Shown here: positions 1 to 9,430 of the stretch, piece after piece
Position numbering within the stretch: the stretch's first letter is position 1
How the letters are laid out: every line of letters begins with the position of its first letter
Source of the DNA: Deltaproteobacteria bacterium TL4
Lineage (GTDB): Bacteria > SAR324 > NAC60-12
Assembly: GCA_051382335.1 (NCBI GenBank)
Contig: JBBCAX010000024.1
Coordinates: 1-27,766, forward strand
Direction of reading: 5' to 3'
DNA: 27,766 bases
Position numbers and translations under genes: made by a program
Notes under the pieces: model-generated
Database searches by the model: none
Seen by the model: the letters and a program-made list of their open reading frames with translations, nothing else
Told to the model about the DNA's origin: nothing

Positions 1-1
1 C

Positions 2-211
2 GGGAGTCAAAGCTCGTTTGGGCAGGAAGTGGCGGAGTTGATTCGTCCTTATCAGAAGGAAGAAGGGGCTCGCTTATCAGCGAGGATGAGTCCCAAGCGG
101 ATTACGATGTTAGAGGATGAAACCTTTATCCAGACCGGCGGCTTCCAGAAAAAAGGAGCAAAGGAGCAATACCCTGACAGTCGCTTGATTGCTGGATTGG
201 CGAAACGATGA
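2..211 (+). pseudogene. Fragment of a transposase-like gene (DUF6399-type), running in from before the window
   Basis: Frame 2 reads GSQ...EEGARLSARMSPKRITMLEDETF, then EQYPDSR. This resembles the recalled 'EE.RLA..M.PK.ITVCEDETFHP...LEQY' stretch of DUF6399-type transposase-like proteins, with the part after DETF missing or shifted and an early stop. Family recalled from memory. Confidence 0.4.
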
Positions 212-402
212 CTATAGCCGTATTAAGCTTAGGAAGGTTGACCCACAAAGGGCCTGGGCCGATGTCGATTTTGCTGTAAAGATCGCTTGCGATTTTGATC
301 GGATCCATGCTATTCAGCTAGCTTTCGTAACGCTTATTGAAATTCAATCGCATCTACAAAAATGATCGTCAACGTCATTTTTCTCTCCCTGGATTGTTAT
401 CT

Positions 403-594
403 ATAGACGTTCATTTAAATAAATTCATTTGAGTCTAACCCAGACGGTGGAGTGCCAAAGCTTGTTTTGGCCAAAGCCAAAGAAAGGCCTTCGCCTTTCT
501 GGCCAAAGCAAGCTTTGGCACTCCTGAAACAGCGTTGTTTAAACGGATCTCACAACAGGATGAGTTTTCTGAATTTATTTAAATGAACATCTAT
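403..594. mobile_element. MITE family A, copy 1 (TA-bounded, IS630/Tc1-like) with a nested REP-like palindrome
   Basis: 25-bp TIRs: ATAGACGTTCATTTAAATAAATTCA (403-427) and TGAATTTATTTAAATGAACATCTAT (570-594), 1 mismatch. Second copy, inverted, at 9239-9430. No coding capacity. Confidence 0.85.
449..524. repeat. GGAG-type REP-like inverted doublet inside MITE A1
   Basis: 25-bp arms GGAGTGCCAAAGCTTGTTTTGGCCA / TGGCCAAAGCAAGCTTTGGCACTCC (1 mismatch) around an inner hairpin AGAAAGGC-CTTC-GCCTTTCT. Confidence 0.85.
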
Positions 595-644
595 GAGTAT
601 AAGTGCGTGTTTTGTGTCTCAACCCAACACCAGAAGTTTAAAAC

Positions 645-1664
645 ATGGAAGCAACCTCCAAACAAGAGTCCAACATCCCTGATATTGCTAAAACGCATGA
701 GGCCTTGCTGGGATTTAACAAACAGTTCAAAGCTGAAATTGGGAAAGTTATCGTAGGACAAGAGTCTATTGTCGAGATGCTGGTCATTGCCTTGTTTTGT
801 AAGGGGCACGTTTTGCTTACAGGCGTTCCGGGGCTGGCAAAGACGTTACTCGTCAAAACGCTTTCCAGTTTGTTTCATCTGGACTTTAACCGAATTCAAT
901 GCACTCCGGACTTGATGCCTTCCGATATTACAGGCGGCGAGATTTTGAGTGAGTCCATCGAAACGGGGCAACGACATTTTTGTTTTATTCAGGGGCCTGT
1001 CTTCACCAACTTACTCCTTGCCGACGAAATCAACCGGACGTCTCCCCGAACTCAGGCCGCGTTGCTTCAGGCGATGCAGGAGCGACAGATTACCGCCTCC
1101 GGGAAAACTTATGATCTGCCTAATCCTTTTATTGTCTTCGCGACTCAAAACCCGATTGATTCCGAAGGGACGTACCCTTTACCGGAAGCTCAACTGGACC
1201 GGTTTTTATTCAATGTCGAAATGACGTACCCTTCAGAAAAAGAAGAGGCCCGAATTGCGGAGCTTCCTGCCGCTGAATACCAAGAGCTCTTAACTCCTGT
1301 CTTTGAGCCTCGAGTTTTATTGGATTGTCAAAAACTTGTCAGAGCCGTTCCCATCACTCATGATTTGTTATCCTGGGTGGTGCGTTTTGTGAGAGCAACA
1401 CGTCCTCAGGAATCTAAAGTGGATTTCATTCAAAACTATGTAGAATGGGGTGCCGGCGTTCGTGCCTCCCAGAATATTGTGATGGCGGCACGCGCTAAAG
1501 CCCTCTTGTCTGGAGACAGTGCGGTAAAACTGGAACACGTCCGGGCGGTGATCGTCCCGGTTCTTCGGCATCGGATTATTTTGAACTTTGTAGGAGAAGC
1601 CGAAAAATGGAACTCTGAGTTAGTTATAGAAAAACTGTTGGAGTTGTATCAAACTCCTTTTTAG
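645..1664 (+). CDS. moxR: MoxR-family AAA+ ATPase
   Basis: GHVLLTGVPGLAKT (Walker A), RIQCTPDLMPSDITG, LLADEINRTSPRTQAALLQAM (Walker B), ATQNPIDSEGTYPLPEAQLDRF. Confidence 0.95.
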   Translation: MEATSKQESNIPDIAKTHEALLGFNKQFKAEIGKVIVGQESIVEMLVIALFCKGHVLLTGVPGLAKTLLVKTLSSLFHLDFNRIQCTPDLMPSDITGGEILSESIETGQRHFCFIQGPVFTNLLLADEINRTSPRTQAALLQAMQERQITASGKTYDLPNPFIVFATQNPIDSEGTYPLPEAQLDRFLFNVEMTYPSEKEEARIAELPAAEYQELLTPVFEPRVLLDCQKLVRAVPITHDLLSWVVRFVRATRPQESKVDFIQNYVEWGAGVRASQNIVMAARAKALLSGDSAVKLEHVRAVIVPVLRHRIILNFVGEAEKWNSELVIEKLLELYQTPF

Positions 1665-1715
1665 ATCTTCAGTCCCCAGCGCCCAAAAATCACAACATTT
1701 GAAAAACGAAACTTT

Positions 1716-4004
1716 ATGAAAATCATCGAACAAATCACTCAAGAACTCTCCTTGAATCTTTCCCAAGTCAAAAACACCGTAGACCTTTTGCTTGCGGAGA
1801 ACACCATTCCCTTCATCGCACGGTATCGGAAAGAAGCCACCGATAACCTGGACGAAGTTCAGATTGCGCAGATCCAAGATCGATACACCTATCTTCAGGA
1901 ATTGGAAGAGCGTCGCGAGGTGATCCTGGAAAGTATTCGAACCCAGGAAAAATTGACGCCTGAATTGGAAAAAGCCCTCAGAAACGCCACGACCAAACAG
2001 CAATTGGAAGATCTCTACTTACCCTACAAACCCAAACGGCGAACACGAGCGACGATTGCGAAAGAAAAAGGTCTGGAACCTTTGGCCCATTTGCTTCTGG
2101 ATCCTGGCAGTACCCTGAACACGCTCAAGGCCTGGCTGCAAAGTTTTAACGAACAGCAAGAGACGCCCCTGCTGGAGGAAGAAGCGTTCGCGGGTGCGAA
2201 AGACATTGTCGCGGAATGGGTTTCTGAAGATGCCGCGTTACGGGAAGAACTCCGTGTCTGGACTTGGAAATCGGGAGTGCTCACCACCAAAGTCAAATCG
2301 GAGCATGAAGAAAAATCCACCAAGTTTGATATGTATTATGATTTTAAAGAGGCGGTTTGTGACATTCCACCGCACCGCTATCTGGCGATCAGAAGAGGGG
2401 AAAAGGAAGGAATTCTGCGCGTTGCGATTGAAGTTGACGAAACTTCCGCCTTCTTGATTCTGAAAAAACACTGGCTGAGGAACTGTTCTTCAGACCTCCA
2501 ACCGATCCTGGAGTCCCTTCTACAAGATGCTTACGCCCGCCTGTTGGCACCCGCGATTGAAACGGATATCCGCTTGGAGCAAAAAAACATCTCTGACGAA
2601 AGCTCCATTGAGCTCTTTGCGAAAGGCTTACGGCAGTTACTTCTCCATCCTCCAGGAGGCGCACGAATTGTGTTAGGACTCGATCCTGGTTTTCGTACAG
2701 GGACCAAGTGGGTTGTCATTGATCATACTGGTAAATTCGTGGACAATGGCGTTATTTATCCTGTTGAGCCTCAAAACAAGGTCATGGAAGCACAAAAAAT
2801 ACTGCGGAATCTGATTGAAACCTATAAAGTGAATATTATTTGTATCGGTAATGGGACCGCTTCCCGGGAAGTTCAACAGTTTGTGAAAACCTTTTTGTCC
2901 ACTCTGGCTCAGCCTGTGGAACAAATGATTGTGAATGAATCTGGCGCGTCAGTCTATTCCGCGTCCCAAGAGGCACGGGACGAATTTCCTGATCTGGATT
3001 TAACGGTTCGAGGTGCCATCTCCATTGCGCGTCGATATCAAGACCCTTTGGCGGAGCTGGTAAAAATTGATCCCAAATCCATTGGTGTGGGACAATACCA
3101 ACATGATGTCAATCAAACACGCTTGAAGCAGTCTTTGGACCGGACGGTGGAATCCTGTGTGAACTATGTCGGGGTTGATCTGAATCGCGCCTCTGTTCCG
3201 CTCTTGAGTTATGTGTCCGGAATTACCAAGAGTATGGCAAAACGGATTGTGGCTTATCGCGATCAAAATGGAGGAATCCACACACGGGAAGAGTTAAAAG
3301 CGGTGAGTGGCTTAGGACCCAAAACCTTTCAACAAGCGGCAGGATTTTTACGCATTACGGAAGGAACCCACCCTTTAGACCGCTCAGCGGTACATCCTGA
3401 AAATTATAACATCGTAGAAAGGATGGCCCAGGATTTAAAGCTTTCTGTTGAAGAGATTATCGGTAAGGAATCGTTGCTTCAAAAAATTGACCTGAAACAA
3501 TATCAGTCTGAAGACGTAGGACTCTACACCTTAAAAGATATTATTGAGGAATTACGTAAACCAGGACGGGACCCCCGTCAGGACCATCAGTCGGTACAGT
3601 TTGATGAGAGTGTCCAAACCATCCAGGATCTGAAGGTTGGAATGCGATTGAATGGTTCCATCACCAATATCACCCATTTTGGCGCTTTCGTTGACATTGG
3701 CGTGCATCAGGACGGACTTGTCCATATCTCCGAATTATCGGACAAATACATCAAAGATCCGATGGAAGTCTGCGCTGTTGGGCAACATGTTTCTGTGACT
3801 GTTAAAGAAGTGGATATCCCTCGTAATCGAATTGCGTTATCCATGAAATCGTCACCCCATGAAAAGCTCGTTTCTCAGAAAAAAAGTCATTCTGCCAAAG
3901 GGGTCAAAGATCAGCCTAAACCCTCATCCGCACCAGAAGCCCCCAAGGTTTCTGGAAATTTTAATAAGGACCTGAGCCAACTGATGTCAAAATTTAATCG
4001 ATAG
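1716..4004 (+). CDS. tex: Tex (YhgF) S1-domain transcription accessory protein
   Basis: TIPFIARYRKEAT, LEDLYLPYKPKRRTRA, LGLDPGFRTGTK, DPLAELVKIDPKSIGVGQYQHD, and a C-terminal S1 domain FGAFVDIGVHQDGLVHISEL. Confidence 0.97.
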   Translation: MKIIEQITQELSLNLSQVKNTVDLLLAENTIPFIARYRKEATDNLDEVQIAQIQDRYTYLQELEERREVILESIRTQEKLTPELEKALRNATTKQQLEDLYLPYKPKRRTRATIAKEKGLEPLAHLLLDPGSTLNTLKAWLQSFNEQQETPLLEEEAFAGAKDIVAEWVSEDAALREELRVWTWKSGVLTTKVKSEHEEKSTKFDMYYDFKEAVCDIPPHRYLAIRRGEKEGILRVAIEVDETSAFLILKKHWLRNCSSDLQPILESLLQDAYARLLAPAIETDIRLEQKNISDESSIELFAKGLRQLLLHPPGGARIVLGLDPGFRTGTKWVVIDHTGKFVDNGVIYPVEPQNKVMEAQKILRNLIETYKVNIICIGNGTASREVQQFVKTFLSTLAQPVEQMIVNESGASVYSASQEARDEFPDLDLTVRGAISIARRYQDPLAELVKIDPKSIGVGQYQHDVNQTRLKQSLDRTVESCVNYVGVDLNRASVPLLSYVSGITKSMAKRIVAYRDQNGGIHTREELKAVSGLGPKTFQQAAGFLRITEGTHPLDRSAVHPENYNIVERMAQDLKLSVEEIIGKESLLQKIDLKQYQSEDVGLYTLKDIIEELRKPGRDPRQDHQSVQFDESVQTIQDLKVGMRLNGSITNITHFGAFVDIGVHQDGLVHISELSDKYIKDPMEVCAVGQHVSVTVKEVDIPRNRIALSMKSSPHEKLVSQKKSHSAKGVKDQPKPSSAPEAPKVSGNFNKDLSQLMSKFNR

Positions 4005-4006
4005 GG

Positions 4007-5707
4007 TTGGTTTTGTCCCTAAAGGCAAGTGTGAGTACAGCCGCTCATTGGAAAGATCAAACGCTGCACATTTACAAGGAGTTGGCGCCCTACACCTCTC
4101 CGTTTGTGCAGGATTTTAGAATCCAACTCTATCAAGCCTTGAGACGTGTCTTTTTAACGGAGGGAGGGCAGGGCGTATCCTCCCCGGCCAGTCCTTTCCA
4201 AAAGGGCTTCATTCATGCGCTTCGGTTATACGATTTGCAGGCTGTTTTGCTGCTGATTGAAAATTATGACCCTTGTCAGGGACAAGAGCGTTTTTTGTCC
4301 AATCTCAAAAAATGTTTCCATTCGCTATCGGTCATTCCCACCTTGGAAAAACTCACAACCTCAGTTCAGGAATCTCATCAGTTGACGCAATACCAAGTAA
4401 AATTGGAAAAGTCCTTAACCAGTTATTTTCAATGTGGAACGGATAAACTTTATCAAAAAAGCCTGATGAACCAGCAGCTTCGATACTTCAAAAACAACGA
4501 TCCAGACCCTTATTTACTGGAGTTGTTTTGTATCCAGCGCTTGAATTTATTGTTTTCGCCGGCATACATCGTCTATTTGATTTTAAGAAATCGATACTTT
4601 ATTACGAAACTCCTTCAAGGTTCTCAAGATCCGGCCATGGAGCTCTGGCTCAAACAAAAACTGACCGAACAGCTTCCTTCAGGGTGGGCGCAACCCCTGG
4701 ATGTTTCGCTGAAAGCCCTTGATTTTCGGTCCATAGAACAGTGGATGAAACAACTCAATGCCCTCTTTCCTCTCCATCCTCTGCTTCAGCAGGAGACAGC
4801 CTCACTCCTGGTGGATCTTGAAGAAGACCCTGACACGGACTTACAGCTTCCTGAAGAGTGCGAGCCGTCATCTCCCTTGCTGGAGTCAACCGGGCTTGTC
4901 CTTCAAAAAGCGACTTTGATTCAACCCCCTCAGGCCCTTCCCTCCCTGCCTTTGGAAACAGGTCCGGAACACCCGCTACAGCGATCTCCTTTTGAGCGTC
5001 TCTGTTTCCAATACGCTAAAGAACTCCTTTATTACTCCAGGAGTATTGTGTTTGTTTCGGAGTGTTCTTCTCCTTACTTCAGAGCAAAAAGTGAAGAATA
5101 TCTTTCGAGTGTTCCACAAGAATTTGAAACTTTTTTTGGAAACAGGTTGCCTCTCTATGAGGCGTACAATGAGTTTGTCCGTGTGCTGCTGATCCAAACA
5201 CAAAGAGACAATCCTTTTGATATCCGCAGGGAACAAATTCCCCTCTACCTGAAAACGGAGGGACAATGGCAGAAATCGGGGCTTACGCAGCGAAACAGGG
5301 AGTGGAGTTTGATGTTGGGGGCCAAGCTTCCGTTCAGCATCACTTTAAGTCATCCTGCTCAACAGCGTTTACGGATTGAAAAAGGCTGGAAATTTGTTTT
5401 ACAATTAGGCAATGCTTGTTTTGATTATGATTTACCAAAATACCAACGGATTCACACTCAGGCGGCAGGGTATTTAAAGCTACTGTTTCAAGGCAGACGC
5501 TTAAGTCCCCATTCTTCCGTTGTTTACATTGGCAGAACCCCTTATTACACACTCACGCAATCCCAGATGCTTCAAGGTCAGGGAATGATTTTACTATTTC
5601 TGATTGCCATACGGAATCGCTTTGAAGTTGATTTTTCAGAACCTTTTAAATCCTATCTTGTTGAAGTGTTGCCTCAAACCCTTGACGAGATCCGGACCCT
5701 CAATTAA
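4007..5707 (+). CDS. Hypothetical protein (566 aa)
   Basis: Long ORF starting 2 nt after the tex stop, co-oriented. No recognised motif; the TTG start is uncertain. Confidence 0.75.
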   Translation: MVLSLKASVSTAAHWKDQTLHIYKELAPYTSPFVQDFRIQLYQALRRVFLTEGGQGVSSPASPFQKGFIHALRLYDLQAVLLLIENYDPCQGQERFLSNLKKCFHSLSVIPTLEKLTTSVQESHQLTQYQVKLEKSLTSYFQCGTDKLYQKSLMNQQLRYFKNNDPDPYLLELFCIQRLNLLFSPAYIVYLILRNRYFITKLLQGSQDPAMELWLKQKLTEQLPSGWAQPLDVSLKALDFRSIEQWMKQLNALFPLHPLLQQETASLLVDLEEDPDTDLQLPEECEPSSPLLESTGLVLQKATLIQPPQALPSLPLETGPEHPLQRSPFERLCFQYAKELLYYSRSIVFVSECSSPYFRAKSEEYLSSVPQEFETFFGNRLPLYEAYNEFVRVLLIQTQRDNPFDIRREQIPLYLKTEGQWQKSGLTQRNREWSLMLGAKLPFSITLSHPAQQRLRIEKGWKFVLQLGNACFDYDLPKYQRIHTQAAGYLKLLFQGRRLSPHSSVVYIGRTPYYTLTQSQMLQGQGMILLFLIAIRNRFEVDFSEPFKSYLVEVLPQTLDEIRTLN

Positions 5708-5727
5708 CGCTTATTCAGGAGCATGTC

Positions 5728-6138
5728 ATGCCCTCTATTTTTAGTAAAATTATCGCGGGGGAAATCCCTTGCGAAAAGATCTATGAAACCGAAAAGGAAA
5801 TGGCTTTTTTAGATATTCTACCGGTAGCAACCGGACACACCTTGGTGGTTCCCAAGCGGGAGGTGCTTCGGTTAGAAGATTTGACCGTGGCTGAAGCGTC
5901 CAGCTTAATGACCGCCATGAAAATCATTGCTAAAGCGGTGAGTCAGGCTTATGGCGGGGTTGACTATAATCTGATTCTCAATAATGGACCAGGCGCAGGA
6001 CAGGAGGTGCCTCATGTTCACTTCCATATCATCCCACGTCCTGAAGGGTCTTTTTTGGGGTTTAAAAATCGCCATAAATATCAAGACGGTGAAATGCGGA
6101 AGGTTGGAAACCAAATTCGAGCATGCATCGAAGCTTGA
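5728..6138 (+). CDS. HIT (histidine triad) family nucleotide hydrolase
   Basis: SIFSKIIAGEIP, GHTLVVPK, NNGPGAGQEVPHVHFHIIPR (HxHxH triad); AGGAG ribosome-binding site. Confidence 0.96.
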   Translation: MPSIFSKIIAGEIPCEKIYETEKEMAFLDILPVATGHTLVVPKREVLRLEDLTVAEASSLMTAMKIIAKAVSQAYGGVDYNLILNNGPGAGQEVPHVHFHIIPRPEGSFLGFKNRHKYQDGEMRKVGNQIRACIEA

Positions 6139-6177
6139 CTTCCTTGACTAAAATTGTAGATTCTCTTCCTTCATCCA

Positions 6178-6327
6178 GGCTATTGGCCTAAGACGGGACA
6201 GTCATCATTTCAGTAGGTTGGGTAGAGCGTAGCGAAACCCAACATCTAGGTAGTGATGTCCGTTTTTCGTTGGGTTTCGCTACGCTCTACCCAACCTACG
6301 TTTTTGTCCCGCTTTAGACCGGTAGCC
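6178..6327. mobile_element. MITE family B (GGC-ended, 8-bp target duplication, IS1595-like) with a nested REP doublet
   Basis: Imperfect 23-bp TIRs GGCTATTGGCCTAAGACGGGACA (6178-6200) / TGTCCCGCTTTAGACCGGTAGCC (6305-6327). Flanks TTCATCCA (6170-6177) and TTCATTCA (6328-6335) match at 7/8. Confidence 0.7.
6213..6299. repeat. GTAG-type REP inverted doublet (REPIN-like)
   Basis: Perfect 31-bp inverted arms GTAGGTTGGGTAGAGCGTAGCGAAACCCAAC (6213-6243 and 6269-6299). Each arm starts with GTAG and carries its own GTTGGG...CCCAAC hairpin. Confidence 0.92.
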
Positions 6328-6370
6328 TTCATTCATAAGGCAGTGTTGAGTTCTTTTTCAGTAGGCGCAG

Positions 6371-7435
6371 ATGAATAAACCCTTAAAAAAGTTGATTGCC
6401 CGGATCCATCCTGACAAGTTTCAAAACTTTCCCTCGTTTCAGCAAATCAATCAGGATTCTTTACAAAAACTCCTCAAATTCTGGGAGCTTTCCCATGAAC
6501 CCGGGAGTTTGGCCCGTCCCCACATCATGGACCTCCGCTTTTACTATCAAACCGAGGAAGATTTGTTTGAAAAATTGGATTATACGCTGGAGATTCGAGG
6601 TCCCCTCCTTTATAGCCCGGAACTCAGGGAACTGTATGCCGACTATTGTGTGGCTTCCATGAGGTATCAATGTGGGGACTTGTCCAAAGAACCTCAATTG
6701 CCCGAAGAATTATTAAATTCTCATCACTTCGCGGTTCCTCATGAGGTGGCTGTTTACCCGGAAGTCGCAGGGGCAACAGTCCCCGCCTTACAGCACCAAT
6801 TGCAGCAAAAACTGGGTTGCCGGATCACCCTCAATCCTCGAATGTCAGAAGAGCGAATGGAAGCGTCAATGAGAAGGCTCATGCACTATGCGGGATATTT
6901 TCAACACCTGGACCTTGCCAGCGTTGAACTTGGTTTTGGAAGTCAATATCAAGTGGCGTCTCCCAACAAATGCCTGATTCCTGGTGATTTCAACATCAAT
7001 GAATGCTTGCATTTCATTGAAGCTCATTTTCCCCGTTCGACCAAATCGTTGCTGGTTCAAATACGGCATCTCAGTGAACAACTTCGCGGTACTCGTGATT
7101 TTCGCGAAATAGCAGGGGCTCAAGCCTGTTCGGTGACTCAGGTATTTCTAGGTTTGGGCCGTCTCAACCTTTATCGTAAGAAGTTGAAACCCTTCAACTT
7201 GTCCAAAATTTTTTTAATGATTGGGCAGGAATTCTATGTTGCCGGGCACATGTACTATATCCCTTATGATTTTGACATCTCGGAGTTGAGAGCGCACTTC
7301 ACCTTGCATCTTAAAGAAATCCTCCGAAAACAAAAAGACAAAGAGGAACCGCCTCTTCACTTGTCGACTCAATTATGCTTTCCTTTTGCCGCAAACTACG
7401 AGGAATGGCTTCAACATGAATTTCCGCTGGTCTAA
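6371..7435 (+). CDS. HPD-motif (J-domain-like) protein resembling DUF4460/TCAIM
   Basis: N-terminus LKKLIARIHPDKFQNFPSFQQINQDSLQKL...LRFY. Two C-terminal repeats end in ...CLIPGDFN and ...YYIPYDFD. Confidence 0.7.
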   Translation: MNKPLKKLIARIHPDKFQNFPSFQQINQDSLQKLLKFWELSHEPGSLARPHIMDLRFYYQTEEDLFEKLDYTLEIRGPLLYSPELRELYADYCVASMRYQCGDLSKEPQLPEELLNSHHFAVPHEVAVYPEVAGATVPALQHQLQQKLGCRITLNPRMSEERMEASMRRLMHYAGYFQHLDLASVELGFGSQYQVASPNKCLIPGDFNINECLHFIEAHFPRSTKSLLVQIRHLSEQLRGTRDFREIAGAQACSVTQVFLGLGRLNLYRKKLKPFNLSKIFLMIGQEFYVAGHMYYIPYDFDISELRAHFTLHLKEILRKQKDKEEPPLHLSTQLCFPFAANYEEWLQHEFPLV

Positions 7436-7438
7436 GTA

Positions 7439-8794
7439 CTAAAGGATTTTCCTGCGGCCTCCGTCTTCAGCTTGTTTCCGGAATTCTTCTTTCTTCTTTT
7501 CCGCCTCATCCCACTCTTGCTTGTCGGCGTCAAGTTTGTTTGACTCTTGAAGGACAAAAGATCGTATTTTCTCGCCTTTGGGGGAAGTTCCTAATTTGAC
7601 AACACACTGTTTCATTAACTCAACTACGGTGCTCTTTTGTTCAAAAACAGGTTTCGAATTCCGTTCTTTTCCCAGTAACAATAAGGAATCCTGTAGACGG
7701 AAAGCGGCTTCAGCAAATTTTCCCATTTCCGCATAATTTTTTCCAATAATCACCAAAATCTCGGATCGTTTCATGCGATTTTTTTCTGCGGGAAAAAATT
7801 TCAGTGCGATCTCATAATGACCCACCGCAAGTTGTTGGAGTTCGGTAAATTGTTTTTTGATCGTCATTTTATTCACAGGCCCACTTAAGGGCGTGATAGG
7901 AGTGCGGTGTTTATAGAGAATCTCGGCATCTCGATTATAGCGGAACAGGAAGTTTTGAAAAATCTGTCCATTTTTGAATTCGCCGTTAAAGGAATAGATA
8001 TCTTTAAGCATATCTCCAATGTTCAAATGGAGCACACATATTTTTTCACTATTTTGAGGTGTCATCGGCTTTTTTGCATGAAAGTAGTCCAGCATTTTTT
8101 CGTAGTGAAATAAAGAATCCGCGTAACATTTTTGTTTCAAGTACAAAGAGGCCAGCCGATTACGGACATTGATGGTTGGTAGCTTTTCTTTAAGCGCGCG
8201 TTGCATCGCGACATTTTGGTTGAAAATTTCTTTTTCCCGACTCATGTGATGCACAAAAGCCTTGGGCATTCTGGCCATGACCTGGAGAATCATGAAGGAG
8301 GCCATATTATCCACACCATTGTCACTGTATTGAATGCCCATACGCAGACAATCTATCGCTTTGAACAGCAAAACGACCTGAGTTCCCATCGATTGTCCTG
8401 GTTCTCTTGATTGTTCAATCAGCATCGACGCGATGACCTTAAGGTGGGTATACGCCTCTTTGGGACCTCTTTTGATGTAATGTCGGAGGTGTTGGTCCAA
8501 GGCTTCTTCGGTGATTTTGTTTTGTTTGATCATCGCCTGGAACTGTTCCAGGGTGATTCTAAGTTTTCCATAAACGATGATATCGATCATTTTAAAGAAA
8601 ACGCCCATTTCCCGTTCTTCCCGTTCCGTGGATTCTCTACTGATAAAAAAACGCGTTTCATTTTTAAACTTCTCGGGCAGTTCGAGTCTGGCAATGTCGC
8701 CCCCCCCTTTCCCCTTATCCTCCTCTTTTTTAATACCTTTTGCTGCACCTTTACGAGGCGGAGTTGCCTGAGGTTCTTTATTTTCTTTTGCCAC
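7439..8794 (-). CDS. Hypothetical helical-repeat (TPR-like) protein
   Basis: 451-aa ORF with a GTG start after GAAAGG. TPR-like helices include RLASLYLKQKCYADSLFHYEKML and IIGKNYAEMGKFAEAAFRLQDSL. Confidence 0.75.
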   Translation of the reverse strand: MAKENKEPQATPPRKGAAKGIKKEEDKGKGGGDIARLELPEKFKNETRFFISRESTEREEREMGVFFKMIDIIVYGKLRITLEQFQAMIKQNKITEEALDQHLRHYIKRGPKEAYTHLKVIASMLIEQSREPGQSMGTQVVLLFKAIDCLRMGIQYSDNGVDNMASFMILQVMARMPKAFVHHMSREKEIFNQNVAMQRALKEKLPTINVRNRLASLYLKQKCYADSLFHYEKMLDYFHAKKPMTPQNSEKICVLHLNIGDMLKDIYSFNGEFKNGQIFQNFLFRYNRDAEILYKHRTPITPLSGPVNKMTIKKQFTELQQLAVGHYEIALKFFPAEKNRMKRSEILVIIGKNYAEMGKFAEAAFRLQDSLLLLGKERNSKPVFEQKSTVVELMKQCVVKLGTSPKGEKIRSFVLQESNKLDADKQEWDEAEKKKEEFRKQAEDGGRRKIL

Positions 8795-8929
8795 AGAAAC
8801 CTTTCGTTTTTGAATTTTGCGCAGAGTTTAGGCGTTAGACAAGGAAATACAGACAGCAAAAACAGGGACAGCAATTTTTATTCCTAAAAGAGGCCATCAT
8901 AGTCATTATTGAAGCTCAAGACGTTTAGC

Positions 8930-9201
8930 TTAGCGTTCATATATAAAATCCATCTCAAACTGGTTAAAAAAATGATGGAGTAACGGATGCCATATGAAAG
9001 GATCAGGTTCCAGGTTTCGTTCCGAGACATAGGTTAAGCTGTTCAGCATGATGGACCAGAATATGATACCAGGGGTGATTTCTGGGCGGATTCCCTCTGT
9101 TTCCATGACATCTCCCTGCCTAAGAACTGATGGCACACTGTCCCGTGCTTGAGTATAAGGGAATGTGGAGACGAACTCAAGTTGGGACTGGATTCTTTCA
9201 T
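8930..9201 (-). pseudogene. hspQ: Degraded hspQ (YccV-like heat shock protein)
   Basis: One minus-strand frame gives PPRNHPWYHILVHHAEQL. After a frameshift near 9035, another frame gives TYVSERNLEPDP..HPLLHHFFNQF. Together they match the HspQ signature 'P.KDQPWYHVLV....TYVAERNLE.D...HP.L..FF..F'. The 5' limit is approximate. Confidence 0.75.
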
Positions 9202-9238
9202 AAAATTTTGACAAGAAGCACTTAAGGAACCTGGACAC

Positions 9239-9430
9239 ATAGATGTTCATTTAAATATATTCAGAAAACTCATCCTGTCGCGTGATCCGTTTAAACAACG
9301 CTGTTTCAGGAGTGCCAAAGCTTGCTTTGGCCAGAAAGGCGAAGGCCTTTCTTTGGCTTTGGCCAAAGCAAGCTTTGGCACTCCACAGTCCAGGTTAGAC
9401 TCAAATGAATTTATTTAAATGAACGTCTAT
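9239..9430. mobile_element. MITE family A, copy 2 (inverted relative to copy 1)
   Basis: 9238-9433 is the reverse complement of 400-595 with 8 substitutions in 196 nt (hand count). The inner GGAG palindrome at 9309-9384 has perfect 25-bp arms. Confidence 0.88.

Noticed and set aside
8930..9250. 106-aa ORF as an intact gene
   Set aside because: Its start codon lies inside the MITE TIR, and only its 3' part matches HspQ.
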